From: a virus | Lineage: Duplodnaviria > Caudoviricetes | Reading direction: 5' to 3' (one strand) | Length of the DNA stretch: 55,233 bases | Virus record (IMG/VR): IMGVR_UViG_3300031951_000200 | Coordinates: 1 to 55,233 of that record | Part shown: piece by piece, positions 27,189 to 38,172 of the stretch | Numbering within the stretch: position 1 is the first letter of the stretch | Layout: each line of letters opens with the position of its first letter | Program-made: the position numbers and the translations under genes | Notes under the pieces: generated by a model | What the model saw: only the letters and a program-made list of their open reading frames with translations | Database searches by the model: none | Told to the model about the DNA's origin: nothing

Positions 27189-30100
27189 CGGACTATTCGG
27201 TCAATTTTGGCCGTGACCTTTTCTCGCACCTCTTCAGCCTTTTGCGAGGCGAATTTCTTGGCGCGCTCCTCGGGCATCTGGAGCAGGCGATTGCCGTAGC
27301 GCAGAACGAGTTGGCGGTAGCCCTTGCCGACCTCTTTCTGATACATCACGCCCTCGTCAGGAGTCATTTCCCGGCGTTTACTGCCCTCTCCAACGAGCTT
27401 GCCGTTGGGATTAGGTGGAGACAGCCATACGCCCTTTGCGGACAGCCTGCCGAGTAGCTGATAGGCGGGATCGTCCGGCCCTTCGGTGAACACACGACTC
27501 CACGGAGCGCGGTCGGTTTCGAGTTGCTTACCGAAAACGTCGAGGTATTCGGTGCCGACAGCGCGGCGAACGAATGGGATTTCCTTGGCGAGCGATTCCC
27601 AGCCTTTGTAGCGGTTGGTTTCCGACTGCATCCACATGTCTAAGTCCTTAATGGAGCGAGGGATGTAGCCACCGGCAAACGAGGCCAGAGCCTTCGGAAT
27701 GCGGCGTTCTGCGGCCTCAAACGGGTCTTCAGAGCCTCGGGGAGCGCCAAGGTTCTCCATAGCCTGAGAAATGGCAGGCATGGTGAACGCGCTAGACCAC
27801 ATGTAATACACGGCCTTCGCTGCTTTCGACCCGGCACTAGCCGTCTGCCAGCTTTCGGGGCGGTATTTAATGTTGTCTGAGAGGTTGCCAGTGAGGCTGA
27901 AAATGGACGCAAGGGGCCATTCCGAATAGCGGATATTTACACGTTTCCCATTACGATAAACAAAGAACGAGTTAGGTTGCGCGCCGGATGCGAACAAAGC
28001 GGCTTTCTGCTGCGGAGTAAGGCCTTCCCAGTTGCCCTCAATGCCCCAGCCGCGTTTTTCATCGTCTGGCTCGTCTTCGATGTCCTTTAGGGCTTTCACC
28101 ATGACCATGAGGCCAATCATTCCGAACGCCTGATTGCGCATCAGGAGCGCCCTGTGAGCGACTTTTTGGCGAGGGTCTTGGTTTTCCATCACACGAAGCA
28201 GGCCAAGGCCCGGAATAAGGCTGATGGCCTGATTCAAGCTATTGCCCACCACGCGAACGAATCCAAGTCCAAGTCCGGGCAGGAGTCCTGATGCTAGATA
28301 ATTGAGGAAGTAGGACGATGGTTTGCCCAGCCTGCGAACGATGAAGTCCTCAAGCGGGTCTTTTTCAACACCCTGTTTGCCCATCATCTCAAGGCGCTGG
28401 TCGATTACCTTCTCAAAGGTGTCGGCAACCGTGCCCATGAACCTCTCGACCATTTTGACCGAGCCATAGAGGACTCCACCGGCTCCCTTTGGATCGCTCG
28501 TCATTGCACTCCACGCGGCGTTGTAATTGGTGTTCTGCTCAAGATTCGAGAGTAGCCCTTTTTGGCTGTCCCAATCTTCGTGCATAGCGTGCATCGCGAG
28601 AGCAGACAGCGCGGGCGAGTTTGGATCAACGCCATCTTGAATCAGTTTTTCGCGGTAGTGGGCCGGATCGGTCAGAGCCCGCACAACAGACGAGTCGTAT
28701 TCGTCCGTAAGGCGGCGATACATGAAAGGCATGGAGGACACCTTGCCCAAGCGAGTATTGAAGCCGTCCAGCACTCTTAGCAGGCGTGTAATCACCATGA
28801 CGTGCCATCCAATCGCCTTAGTAACTGGATTCTTCGCAGTGCGATACATGCGTTCGCCGACATCAACTCCATCCAGAGCGACCCCTTTCTTGATTTGGTC
28901 TGCGTAGAATGGATCATTAAGGATGTTGGAATCGAGATAGACAGAATCGCCCGTCTTCAAGTATTTCCACATATCCACAGCAGCAGGTCCGAGATTCTTC
29001 GCGATGGCATCAATCGAATCAAGGATCGGAACCCACTTAGACGGATTGGTTGGATTCGCGATAACGGTCGCAACAGCCTCTCCAATGAAGGTCAATCCAT
29101 TGTTCAACACACTTAGCGCAATGGTTGCCATGGTTCGCATGCTCGAAAGCACGCTCGAATACCAAACGGCGTTGAGGGTTTGGAGCAGCGTAGGACCGCG
29201 CACCTCCATCATAATATCCTTGAACTCCTTTTGCAGAGCAGCGCGCACATACCGTGGCGTCTTCGGGTCCATGAACTTTTCGGTAATCGCGATGGCGCGA
29301 GCCTGCTGTTCTGGAGTGAGTTCCTTGAAGCCGTATTCCTCCGCGATGAGAGCGTAGAGCGCGTTGTCATCGAACAAACCTGCGTTGATGAGACGCATGA
29401 TCTTTGGATGGTGCTCCTTGACTGCTGTTTTCGCCTTCTTAGACCAGTCGTTACGGGCCTCGATGCGTTCCAACTCCTTCGCGATGACCGTTTCGCGCTT
29501 CTTTTGCCAGACCCTAGAGATGATCTTGGACAGCTTTGCGAGGTCGGAATCAGGCAGGCCAGCGAAAGCAGGATCGGACTTCAGCATCTCGAACATCTGC
29601 GACTCCAAAGTCTTTTGCTCCGAGATGCGGATTTGCGCGAGCTTGTCCCAAGGAATTTTGATGCCGCCTTCTTCTGGTCGCAGGTCGTTTAGCTTGCGCT
29701 GAATGATGCGGATTTGTTCTTCCTCGGTGGCGGAGAACAGCTTTTCGCGTGCCGCAGCGATGCGTTTAGCCTCTGCTTTTGCGAGAGATTCACGCATGTC
29801 GGCAACCATGTCGTCAAAGGCACGCTTAATGAACGAGGAATCGCGGTCCCAGCGAGCAGGATCAACGTTACCTTCTTTGTCCACAGCCTCATTCAAGCGG
29901 TCGATGACGTGCTGGCGAGCCTCCTCGACGTTATCAAGCAGCTCCTTCGTGTTATCATACTTGTCCTCAAGAGCCTCGCGAATGATGGAGCGAGCCTGAG
30001 ATGTGGCGAAGAACTGACGCGGAACCTCCGACATCAATTCGTCGCGACGTTTCACGAAGTCAGGGCGCAGAGCCTTGATCTGTTTTTCGATGGAGGCAAT

Positions 30101-33100
30101 CTTAGCCTTAACGTCCTTGATCTGTTCTTGAGTGGCCTCGATTTTGGCGTCGGCGGACTTTTGTTGAGCGATATTGCCACCCTCCTTGCGGGCGGTAAAT
30201 TCAGCCAAGTCTGATTCGAGAGCGGCGAGCTGTTCAGTGAGCTTCGGTAGGCCAAGTTCAGCACGCTTAACGTCAGCGAGAACTTCGACGGCGTTTTCAC
30301 GCGCAGCCTCCCATGCCTCGCGAACGAGTTGGTCGTTGCTGGTTACGTATCCAAAGGCGCGAAGGGCACGCAGGCCAAGGCTTTCCTTTGGAGCCTCTTT
30401 CTTTTCTCCCTGAACGCTATCTCGCAGAACGCGGGTAAGCTGGTTGGTGAGGTCGTTGAGGAGCTTACTTTCATCCGGCGTTTTCTCGATGGATTCAACC
30501 TTGCCAGTGACGCCTTTGGCAATCCGCTCGACCATCGTATCCCACATGGTTCTGCGAACCGGGGTAATGCCAGCGACAGCGGTTTCGAGGTCCACGGGCA
30601 AGCCTTCTTTCGCCATGCTGTTGAACAGAGCAGTGCGGATGGCGAGGATTTGAGCGGGGGTTTTCTTGGGTTTGCGGGTGCCTTTGGATGGCGCGGCTTC
30701 TTCGACTCCAAGGAGCTTTTTGAGGACCGCCTTCAGTTCAGCGCGATCTTTTTTGATGGCCTCCTTCAAAGTTTCATTGGAAACTCCGGCGAATTTGGAT
30801 GGAGCGGCAGCGGATGACGCCTTGTATCCCTTATCGCCACGATTCAGAAGCTCGCGGACCTTTTCGCCGATACTAGAAATGAGTTTCTTTGCTGAAATCC
30901 AAAGGCTCTTTTCCTCCGCATCCATAGCCTCCATCGCAAACTCCTCGTCCGAACGCTCCTGAATGTCCTCGACGGCATCCTCGACCGCCTTTTTGGCTTG
31001 ATCCTTCGCAGCATCGACAGCCTTCACTTCATCAGCGAGGCCGGGAGCATTCGTTCCCACCGTTTTGCGGCGTTCCTCGGCTTGAAGAGCGCGGATGTTG
31101 TTGGAGATGTGAAGGGGGCCATAGCGTTCATCGTTGATGATGCCCTGCTGCATGCGCAGGATATTGGAGCCAACGCTGCCCTTGTTAGCCGCTGCCTGCG
31201 TCACCGACTGATAGTTTGATAGCAGGATGTCGGCTTCAAGAGGCTTGCCATCTGCGGCGAGACGTTGAGCCTCGGTGTGCATCACAAGGCCAACTTCGGT
31301 TATGAGCGCCTGACGCATCGGTTCGGCGAAGAACTCGTTGTTCTGCGTCACCTTGCCAATGAAAGAAGGCTTAGTGACATCCGTGGCAAGCTCCTCGTAG
31401 GGGATGCCAGCAGCCAGCTTGGAGGCGATGATTTTGCGAGCCAGCGCCATGATTTCACCGCGCACCTCATTTGTCATCGCGGGATGATTCGCTAGAACCA
31501 TGTCCACGGGCATCTTCACGCCCTGCCACGGAGCTTTATCAGCCTTGGCTTGCAGTTCGGCCACTTGAGCACCGATGGATTTGACCTTTTTGGACGCATC
31601 CTTAGCCGACTCGTTCTCAAACTCTTCTTGGGCGGAGTTGAGGGAGAAGCGGATGTCGGGTGACTTGGGCTGAAAACGCTGAGAAAGCGGGATCACGTTG
31701 CCTGCGTCATCGTAGGTGACGGGGTCGGCGGATTTAATCTGGTTGGATTCAAATATCGCGTAGCTGGCTCCCTCGTTATCCGAGTCAGCCATACCATCGC
31801 GCACGTTTTCAAAAATAACCCCATCGTTGCCAGCCGCTTTCGCTTCACGCACAGCTTTAGACATAATGACTGTGTCCCCCACCCCGCCTTTCATGTCAAC
31901 GACCTTGGGGTTACTAAGGTGCACCATAGCCCGAACCACGATGCCCGGCTCTATTTCATTGCCGTCTTCATCTTCGTATATGACTTCTCCATACTCGCGC
32001 GGCAGCGTATATTCAGAAGCCATGTCTTCATTGTCGGTAAGGAAAGCTGCGCCGGGAATCTCTACCGCCTTACTTGGAGAAATGTATTTGACCTTTTTAC
32101 GGGTAGTTCCGTGAAACACCGGACCCACGTTATATCCAGCAGCCTTCGCCGCCTCATCGACCATCCGCTGTGCGGCAGTTATGTCGCCTGCCTCAACGGC
32201 AGCAAGGTATTCGGCATCGCTCGACGTATCCGCCAAACTGAACTTCGCAGGGATAATGGAATTGGGATTCGACTCAAGCCTGTCCAAGATTGATTCAACG
32301 TCCCGAATTTCACGTTGAAGCAATTCTCCCGCCTTACCGCTTTGCGCCAACCCAAGGGATGTTTTTAGAGCTTCGAGAGCATCGCTCAGGTATTTCTTCA
32401 TCGCCTCAACGAAGCGCATCCAACCAGTTTCGGTGGTGAAATCCTGACGCTTGAATTGAATCAATTGACGACCAACCTCCATTGTGAAGGCTGGGGCAGT
32501 ATTGCTTTGAACCAGTTTTTCGACAATCCGATTAATGTCATTCGACGGACTATTTGGATTATAGAGGTTCCACGCCGAGACAATGATGTTTGCTACCCTT
32601 GCATCTCCATTGGGCAGTCCCTTCGATGCCGACTGAACCATCTCAAGAAGCATTGAGGTGTAATAATCCACCTCAAAGTTTTCAAACGGAAGCATAACAC
32701 CAGAATCTTGCCACTTGGCATAGGCATTAAGGTGTTGGGCGGTGTGAATAACCTCCTCTTGAGCGATGTCATAAACAGCCGTGAATGCAGTTACCGCGTC
32801 TCCAGATAGGAGATTGGAAAGCCCGGACGCATCGAATTGGATGGTAATTGCAGGAGAAGGTTCAGCAACATATACACTAGCAGGTCGATTTTCTCCTGTT
32901 CTTTCGTTGGTGGCTCGAACAGGAAGTATCGCGGCATCGAAGAAATAACGCGATGAAATAGATTTAAGTCCAAATTCTTCCAGAGCTTGCGCCCTCTGAG
33001 CTGTCGAAAGCTCATTCCAGTTCGTTTTTGAAATGCCTTCTCGAATTGCCTGCGCTCTTTCAGAGTTGTCTGATGGCGAAATTGACGCCATGCCGACGCC

Positions 33101-36100
33101 ACCAACAGACGTGGAGGCTCCGGCTTTAAGGATAATAGGTGTTCTGCTTTCATATTGGGGATTTGTCTCAGGCATCACCGTCACAAACGACGCTGGCGTG
33201 CCTCCATGTCCGAACACGCCATATTCAGCGGCGTCGGCCTCCTGCTGCTCAATGGAGCTTGCGGGCGAAAGAACCGCCTGTCCGTTGTCGAAAAGGGTTT
33301 GAAGTGACTTAGCAAAGTCCTCCTTGCTCAAGCCTGACTCGTTACGCAGGTCGGAAATGGCTACTTGCGTCTGATTCGTTGCCAGCTTGTCGTAAGCCTC
33401 GCGGACGGCTGGATTAGGCAGCTCCGGCGTGAGGTTTTGGTAGAGTTCGGCTAGGCGGGCTTCATCGGCGGTGGAGTAGGAGGGCTTTGGTTGTTCGACT
33501 GGATTACCGTTTTCTTCGAGGATGCGGACAAGGTTCTCGTCGAAGATCACAAAGTTACGGGTGCCGTCGCCAGCGCCACGACTACCAGCGTCGAGGTATT
33601 TGATGCCGGGGATGCCAGCTTTTGCAAGCGCATCACTAGCTGCTTCGTTGTCTGGATTGATGGCGCGATATGCCTCGCTGCCAGAGCGGGCATAAAGATT
33701 CAATGCTTCATCATTTCCAAGACGAATGGCTGTTTCCTTGTCTGGATGAATCGCCACATTTGAACCGCTCGAACGGGCAACCCATGGGTTGCCGTTCAAT
33801 GGATCGTTGCGCTGGTCAACGGTCACTTCTGGGACGTTCAGTAGCTTACGTAGCGCCGCCTTCACCTTCTCGCTCTGCTCACTCAGCGGCTTGTCCCAAT
33901 CGAGGAAATCAGTTTCGTCTGGCAGGAGTTCGACGGTGTAGAGGTTGCCTTCAAATTGCGTCTCATATTTCGAGTCGAACTCTGCGCCATCACCAGCAGA
34001 ATAGAGATCGTTTCGCAGATCAAGAATCTGATCGTAAAGCGGCTGATTCCATTCACCGATCAAATCCCCGTTCTTGAGAGAAATGAAGCCCGTGACCCTT
34101 GCCAGTTTGTCTTTATAGCCGGAAGCAACATTTTGATTCTCCGCAAAGTAAAGCCCCCAGCCGTAAGCCTGCGCACCCTCGCCCGTGCCGATTTTTGCCG
34201 TCGTGAACTTATCGACCTTGTGCGGCGTGCCGTGGTAGGCGTTAATACTGGCCCTGAATGATTGGTTGCTTTGAGGCGGGATTAGCGCAGCTCCATCAGG
34301 CATGATGCGCGAACCCATCGGGAGAGGAATCGACCCTCTAAAAAATTGCCCACCAGCAAGCCTCACATTCCCGCCCAGCCCGGTCTTGGCGAAGCTCTTT
34401 TCAAGCATGCGCTCACTGCCAGATTGAAGCATGCGGAGGACGTTCAGAAGCTCTTTGTCGGTAGGCTTGGTATCTGCCACGCCCATGATGCGGTTCCACA
34501 AACGGCGAAGGAATGCTTTAAGCTCCTGCCATGCGGATGTTGTGGGCCATTTGCCAGTTTTCTCGATGATCGCAGCCAGACGCTCCTCGAATGCACGGAG
34601 CATGTGAGTGGCTTGATCCTCGTTGGACTCACGCGGGTATTTACGCAGGACTTCAGCGATGTCAGTCTCCGTGGAGTTGCGTTTAGCCCAGTCGATTAGC
34701 CAGTTCTGCTCATTCTCAGTCAAGCCAGCGAAGCCAAAGTGAACAAGGCTTTCGTGGAGAATGACGCGACGGGCTGCGGCTACGGAGACTGGGATGCCAA
34801 GCTCCTCCGCTGCTTTGATGTCGCTTTGACGGGCGATGATGTTCTCGGGGAAGAGGAACACATGGCCGGACGAGATGAAAACGCCTTCAATTCGACCAGC
34901 GCGTAGGCCAGCGGCGATGTCGGGGAAAGCCTTTGTGAGGGCAGCGTTCGCAAGGAACTCTTCCGCAGTCGTTACGGTAGCCAAAGCAGATGCGGGCACC
35001 TCTTTTTGCACCATCTGCTGTGCGAACTTCACGTCCTGCCGAGTGACTTCGGGGTGCTCATCAAGAGGCTTATCCTTGGCCGTGATGGAGTCGAGGGCAC
35101 GCTTACGCTCTTCCTTGAAGGATTCGCGCTGCTCTGCCTCTTCTTCCTCCTTGCCGTAAATGTCAGCCATCACCTTCTCGGTTCGAGTAGGCTCAGACAT
35201 GATGCTGGCAACAACCTCTTCCTTGGTAGCCTTGACGCCAAGTGCATCAGCCACTTCTTTTAGCTTGGCCTTTGGCAGGCGACCAACCTCATCGTCCAGC
35301 GTGCGCTTGACCTTAGCTTGATCGCGGAACTGATTCCGCATGACATCCAAAGCGCCGATGATGGAGTCGGCATCCCGTTCAGCCACGGGAATTTCCCCAG
35401 TTGACGGCTGCGTTTCTTGTGTTTCACTTGGCGGCAACTCACTGGATCGACCCCCAGTGAGGCTAGAACTAGCACTGGCTACCGCCTCTCCCTTAGCCGA
35501 GGGAGGGGCGGTTTCGTTTGTGGCTACCGTTGTGGTTTGGGGAAGTTTTTTGCTTAGATATTGCTCCAGTTCTCGACCAACCCTGCCCAATTCGGCAAGG
35601 GCCTTGTCAACTGCGTAAATATCCGCATCCAATGCGATTGCGTTAGCCCCCTTGGCTTTCTGCTTCTTTTTGACTAATGATGCCCGCTCTTTTTCAAGAG
35701 CTTTAGTTGACGCATTGACTGTTCTCAGTCCGCTATCTGACACTTCAACTTTAATTGGAAGAAGTGGTTTTTCAGAAATGAATGGGTGATATGGCGTCTC
35801 TGGATTAAGTTCAATAAAATCAGGCGCTTGTGATGGCGATGCTTGGGCCAGTTTAGCCTCAAGATCGGATGTGTTTTGACCACGCTGCTTTCTTAGATTG
35901 ATAACATCGCGCAATGCTTCAATCTCATCTTCAGATAGAGTCTTGGAAACAGCTCCGGGGGCGGTCGCTTTCACGGCCTGTGCAGCAGAAGGTGCTGCCT
36001 GAACTGGTTCGCCAGTTGCCCCCGTTTGGAATACATAGAGGTCGCCTTGCTTGACGTAGCCTTCGGGAAGGGTGATTTGAAACTTAGATACAAGACGTGC

Positions 36101-38170
36101 GGAAACTGGCTTTTGATCTTCCCACGCGGCCTTATTGACCACCCTAGATAGGAAAGAGTCAACCCTACTTCTCGCTTTAGCGAATATCTCATTTCTTTCG
36201 TCCGCCAAAATTCCTTGCTTCCAAGCTCTACGATTTTCGGTTACCGACCCAAATGCCAAAGGAGGTGTATAAGACCCCCTCCGGCTTTTAATCATCACCA
36301 TCGAATCACCTTGCTTGACATACCCGTGCCTGAACAACCACTCAGGGATGTCGGCAGCAGCCGATAACCAGTCGGTAGGTATGCTTTTCTCCCAGAACAC
36401 CCGGTTCCACAAGTATTCTTTGGCAGAGTCAAGCCACTCTTTCCACTCAGCAGTTCTCTGCGGGCGCGGGTTTTCTTTTCGCCAGTCTTTGAAAGACAGC
36501 GTATTCCCGACGATGTTTTCGACCTCCTCTAAGACAGCTTGATCGTAGTCTTTTTGTTCGGGTTTGGAGTCGTCCATTGCGGACGGTTGAAAAGTATCAG
36601 ATACGGACGGCTCCGTTCCTTCGGCTGACACCTTGACTGGAAAACCACTCTGAATTTGTATTGGTTGCTCATCTGTGCTTGGGATTGAAGTAGTGCCCAC
36701 GTATCGCGACGTTGGCATGCCTTCGGTAGCGAGCGTCGGCGTCCCGGATAGGGTGATTGGTTGCGCAAATGCAAATGGGGCTGTGGGTTGAATTGGTGCT
36801 GCCTGAACCGTCGTCACGGCGGGGGCTTCTTGATCCACGACGGGTGGGCCCGTCTCAGGCAGCGAAGGTGTTTCCTCGACCGGAATTTCTTCCAGCACTG
36901 ACATTTCGGGCGCTACTTCCGCCCCAGCCTCTTCAACCTCTTCGACAGGCTGAACTGCTGGCTTAGATGGTGGCGGCGGCATGCTATCAACGAAGGCTTC
37001 GTTCTGAGCGATGATGTCTGCTGCGGTGGCTGCGGCGTCTTGTGCATCTGGATTATCTACTGTGGCGGCAACGAGATTTTCAGCGGCGACAATGCCGGGA
37101 TCGGTGGGTTTTGGCGCTTCCGGTGAGGCAGGAGAACGAAGGCGACGTAGGCCAGCGGACACAGCGGACGGGCCAAGTCCAGCAAGCCCCATCAATCCGG
37201 TCATCGCCGTAGTCGGAAGTGCCATTTCCTCCATTCCCTCGACATAGTTAGCGAGCGTTCTTTCAGGTAAGACAACATCCTCTGGAGCGACACCCTTCAT
37301 GGTGCCCTCCTCGAATTGCTGCATGGGACGCTCTTGCTCCGCAGCCGTAATACCTTCTGTGAGGATTTCACCGCCAAGAGCGCCAGCGCCAGCCGCCACA
37401 GCCTTAGCGCCAGTTACCTTATTGAGGGCGTTTGAGGCAAGTTCGGTAATACCACTTTTTCCACCAAGCACTCGACGGATATACTTTCCAGCACCACCAA
37501 GGACTAAGTTTCCAAGTGCTTCCGGCGCTGCTTCTGCGGCACCAAACTTGCGAGCAAGAGGTAGAAGCTCCTGATAAGCCTCTTCCTGCTCCTGCTCATT
37601 CGGCAAACGTTGGAAATTCTCCTGAAAGTAGGCGTTGATGCGGTCGCGGGCGTCATCAAGGAACTGTGAACCAGCCATGCGGTAGGCCATGAGTGAGGAA
37701 GTCCCGGCAGCAGCAGCCATCGCCGCCCTTGGATTTCGGGTAGCCAAGCCTGTCCCAGCGCCAGCGATAAGGCTCGGAACAAGTGTGGACGCAGAGAAGC
37801 CAAGAGAGGGGGTGGCCTCGCGAATGGCAGATGAAACAACCGAAGAGTCGCCCGAAATGATTGCCTCTTGCTCTTGGGCCGCAAGCTCCTCCTGCAAGGC
37901 TTTCATTTCCTCCTGACGACGCAGACTTGTTTCTCCGCGTTTCCATGGGCTATCTAGGCCTGACCACGCCTGAGAAGTAGCTGAAGGCAGAGTGGTTCCA
38001 AGGGAGGTGAAAGCCTTACCCGTTGCAGCAAGCGTCTCGGAAAGGTCGAAGAAGGGTTTGTTTTCTTCCTTCTCCGCGAAAAAACCCTGAACCTCTTCTG
38101 GAGTTGGCTGGGTGTCCGCCTCTACCTGATACTTGCTACCGTCTTCAAGTTCTACTAGGTATAGAGGCAT
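27185..38170 (-). CDS. Giant polyvalent virion (ejection) protein with ART-like and zincin metallopeptidase-like domains
   Basis: 3661 aa; ILHESLVH (zincin); AYHGT...GTGEGAQAYGWGLYFAE and VFHGT...FLTDN...NQIKSADPVTYDD (ART-PolyVal-like); C-terminal helical LPD-like region. Confidence 0.85.
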   Translation of the reverse strand: MPLYLVELEDGSKYQVEADTQPTPEEVQGFFAEKEENKPFFDLSETLAATGKAFTSLGTTLPSATSQAWSGLDSPWKRGETSLRRQEEMKALQEELAAQEQEAIISGDSSVVSSAIREATPSLGFSASTLVPSLIAGAGTGLATRNPRAAMAAAAGTSSLMAYRMAGSQFLDDARDRINAYFQENFQRLPNEQEQEEAYQELLPLARKFGAAEAAPEALGNLVLGGAGKYIRRVLGGKSGITELASNALNKVTGAKAVAAGAGALGGEILTEGITAAEQERPMQQFEEGTMKGVAPEDVVLPERTLANYVEGMEEMALPTTAMTGLMGLAGLGPSAVSAGLRRLRSPASPEAPKPTDPGIVAAENLVAATVDNPDAQDAAATAADIIAQNEAFVDSMPPPPSKPAVQPVEEVEEAGAEVAPEMSVLEEIPVEETPSLPETGPPVVDQEAPAVTTVQAAPIQPTAPFAFAQPITLSGTPTLATEGMPTSRYVGTTSIPSTDEQPIQIQSGFPVKVSAEGTEPSVSDTFQPSAMDDSKPEQKDYDQAVLEEVENIVGNTLSFKDWRKENPRPQRTAEWKEWLDSAKEYLWNRVFWEKSIPTDWLSAAADIPEWLFRHGYVKQGDSMVMIKSRRGSYTPPLAFGSVTENRRAWKQGILADERNEIFAKARSRVDSFLSRVVNKAAWEDQKPVSARLVSKFQITLPEGYVKQGDLYVFQTGATGEPVQAAPSAAQAVKATAPGAVSKTLSEDEIEALRDVINLRKQRGQNTSDLEAKLAQASPSQAPDFIELNPETPYHPFISEKPLLPIKVEVSDSGLRTVNASTKALEKERASLVKKKQKAKGANAIALDADIYAVDKALAELGRVGRELEQYLSKKLPQTTTVATNETAPPSAKGEAVASASSSLTGGRSSELPPSETQETQPSTGEIPVAERDADSIIGALDVMRNQFRDQAKVKRTLDDEVGRLPKAKLKEVADALGVKATKEEVVASIMSEPTRTEKVMADIYGKEEEEAEQRESFKEERKRALDSITAKDKPLDEHPEVTRQDVKFAQQMVQKEVPASALATVTTAEEFLANAALTKAFPDIAAGLRAGRIEGVFISSGHVFLFPENIIARQSDIKAAEELGIPVSVAAARRVILHESLVHFGFAGLTENEQNWLIDWAKRNSTETDIAEVLRKYPRESNEDQATHMLRAFEERLAAIIEKTGKWPTTSAWQELKAFLRRLWNRIMGVADTKPTDKELLNVLRMLQSGSERMLEKSFAKTGLGGNVRLAGGQFFRGSIPLPMGSRIMPDGAALIPPQSNQSFRASINAYHGTPHKVDKFTTAKIGTGEGAQAYGWGLYFAENQNVASGYKDKLARVTGFISLKNGDLIGEWNQPLYDQILDLRNDLYSAGDGAEFDSKYETQFEGNLYTVELLPDETDFLDWDKPLSEQSEKVKAALRKLLNVPEVTVDQRNDPLNGNPWVARSSGSNVAIHPDKETAIRLGNDEALNLYARSGSEAYRAINPDNEAASDALAKAGIPGIKYLDAGSRGAGDGTRNFVIFDENLVRILEENGNPVEQPKPSYSTADEARLAELYQNLTPELPNPAVREAYDKLATNQTQVAISDLRNESGLSKEDFAKSLQTLFDNGQAVLSPASSIEQQEADAAEYGVFGHGGTPASFVTVMPETNPQYESRTPIILKAGASTSVGGVGMASISPSDNSERAQAIREGISKTNWNELSTAQRAQALEEFGLKSISSRYFFDAAILPVRATNERTGENRPASVYVAEPSPAITIQFDASGLSNLLSGDAVTAFTAVYDIAQEEVIHTAQHLNAYAKWQDSGVMLPFENFEVDYYTSMLLEMVQSASKGLPNGDARVANIIVSAWNLYNPNSPSNDINRIVEKLVQSNTAPAFTMEVGRQLIQFKRQDFTTETGWMRFVEAMKKYLSDALEALKTSLGLAQSGKAGELLQREIRDVESILDRLESNPNSIIPAKFSLADTSSDAEYLAAVEAGDITAAQRMVDEAAKAAGYNVGPVFHGTTRKKVKYISPSKAVEIPGAAFLTDNEDMASEYTLPREYGEVIYEDEDGNEIEPGIVVRAMVHLSNPKVVDMKGGVGDTVIMSKAVREAKAAGNDGVIFENVRDGMADSDNEGASYAIFESNQIKSADPVTYDDAGNVIPLSQRFQPKSPDIRFSLNSAQEEFENESAKDASKKVKSIGAQVAELQAKADKAPWQGVKMPVDMVLANHPAMTNEVRGEIMALARKIIASKLAAGIPYEELATDVTKPSFIGKVTQNNEFFAEPMRQALITEVGLVMHTEAQRLAADGKPLEADILLSNYQSVTQAAANKGSVGSNILRMQQGIINDERYGPLHISNNIRALQAEERRKTVGTNAPGLADEVKAVDAAKDQAKKAVEDAVEDIQERSDEEFAMEAMDAEEKSLWISAKKLISSIGEKVRELLNRGDKGYKASSAAAPSKFAGVSNETLKEAIKKDRAELKAVLKKLLGVEEAAPSKGTRKPKKTPAQILAIRTALFNSMAKEGLPVDLETAVAGITPVRRTMWDTMVERIAKGVTGKVESIEKTPDESKLLNDLTNQLTRVLRDSVQGEKKEAPKESLGLRALRAFGYVTSNDQLVREAWEAARENAVEVLADVKRAELGLPKLTEQLAALESDLAEFTARKEGGNIAQQKSADAKIEATQEQIKDVKAKIASIEKQIKALRPDFVKRRDELMSEVPRQFFATSQARSIIREALEDKYDNTKELLDNVEEARQHVIDRLNEAVDKEGNVDPARWDRDSSFIKRAFDDMVADMRESLAKAEAKRIAAAREKLFSATEEEQIRIIQRKLNDLRPEEGGIKIPWDKLAQIRISEQKTLESQMFEMLKSDPAFAGLPDSDLAKLSKIISRVWQKKRETVIAKELERIEARNDWSKKAKTAVKEHHPKIMRLINAGLFDDNALYALIAEEYGFKELTPEQQARAIAITEKFMDPKTPRYVRAALQKEFKDIMMEVRGPTLLQTLNAVWYSSVLSSMRTMATIALSVLNNGLTFIGEAVATVIANPTNPSKWVPILDSIDAIAKNLGPAAVDMWKYLKTGDSVYLDSNILNDPFYADQIKKGVALDGVDVGERMYRTAKNPVTKAIGWHVMVITRLLRVLDGFNTRLGKVSSMPFMYRRLTDEYDSSVVRALTDPAHYREKLIQDGVDPNSPALSALAMHAMHEDWDSQKGLLSNLEQNTNYNAAWSAMTSDPKGAGGVLYGSVKMVERFMGTVADTFEKVIDQRLEMMGKQGVEKDPLEDFIVRRLGKPSSYFLNYLASGLLPGLGLGFVRVVGNSLNQAISLIPGLGLLRVMENQDPRQKVAHRALLMRNQAFGMIGLMVMVKALKDIEDEPDDEKRGWGIEGNWEGLTPQQKAALFASGAQPNSFFVYRNGKRVNIRYSEWPLASIFSLTGNLSDNIKYRPESWQTASAGSKAAKAVYYMWSSAFTMPAISQAMENLGAPRGSEDPFEAAERRIPKALASFAGGYIPRSIKDLDMWMQSETNRYKGWESLAKEIPFVRRAVGTEYLDVFGKQLETDRAPWSRVFTEGPDDPAYQLLGRLSAKGVWLSPPNPNGKLVGEGSKRREMTPDEGVMYQKEVGKGYRQLVLRYGNRLLQMPEERAKKFASQKAEEVREKVTAKIDRIVR

Positions 38171-38172
38171 GG

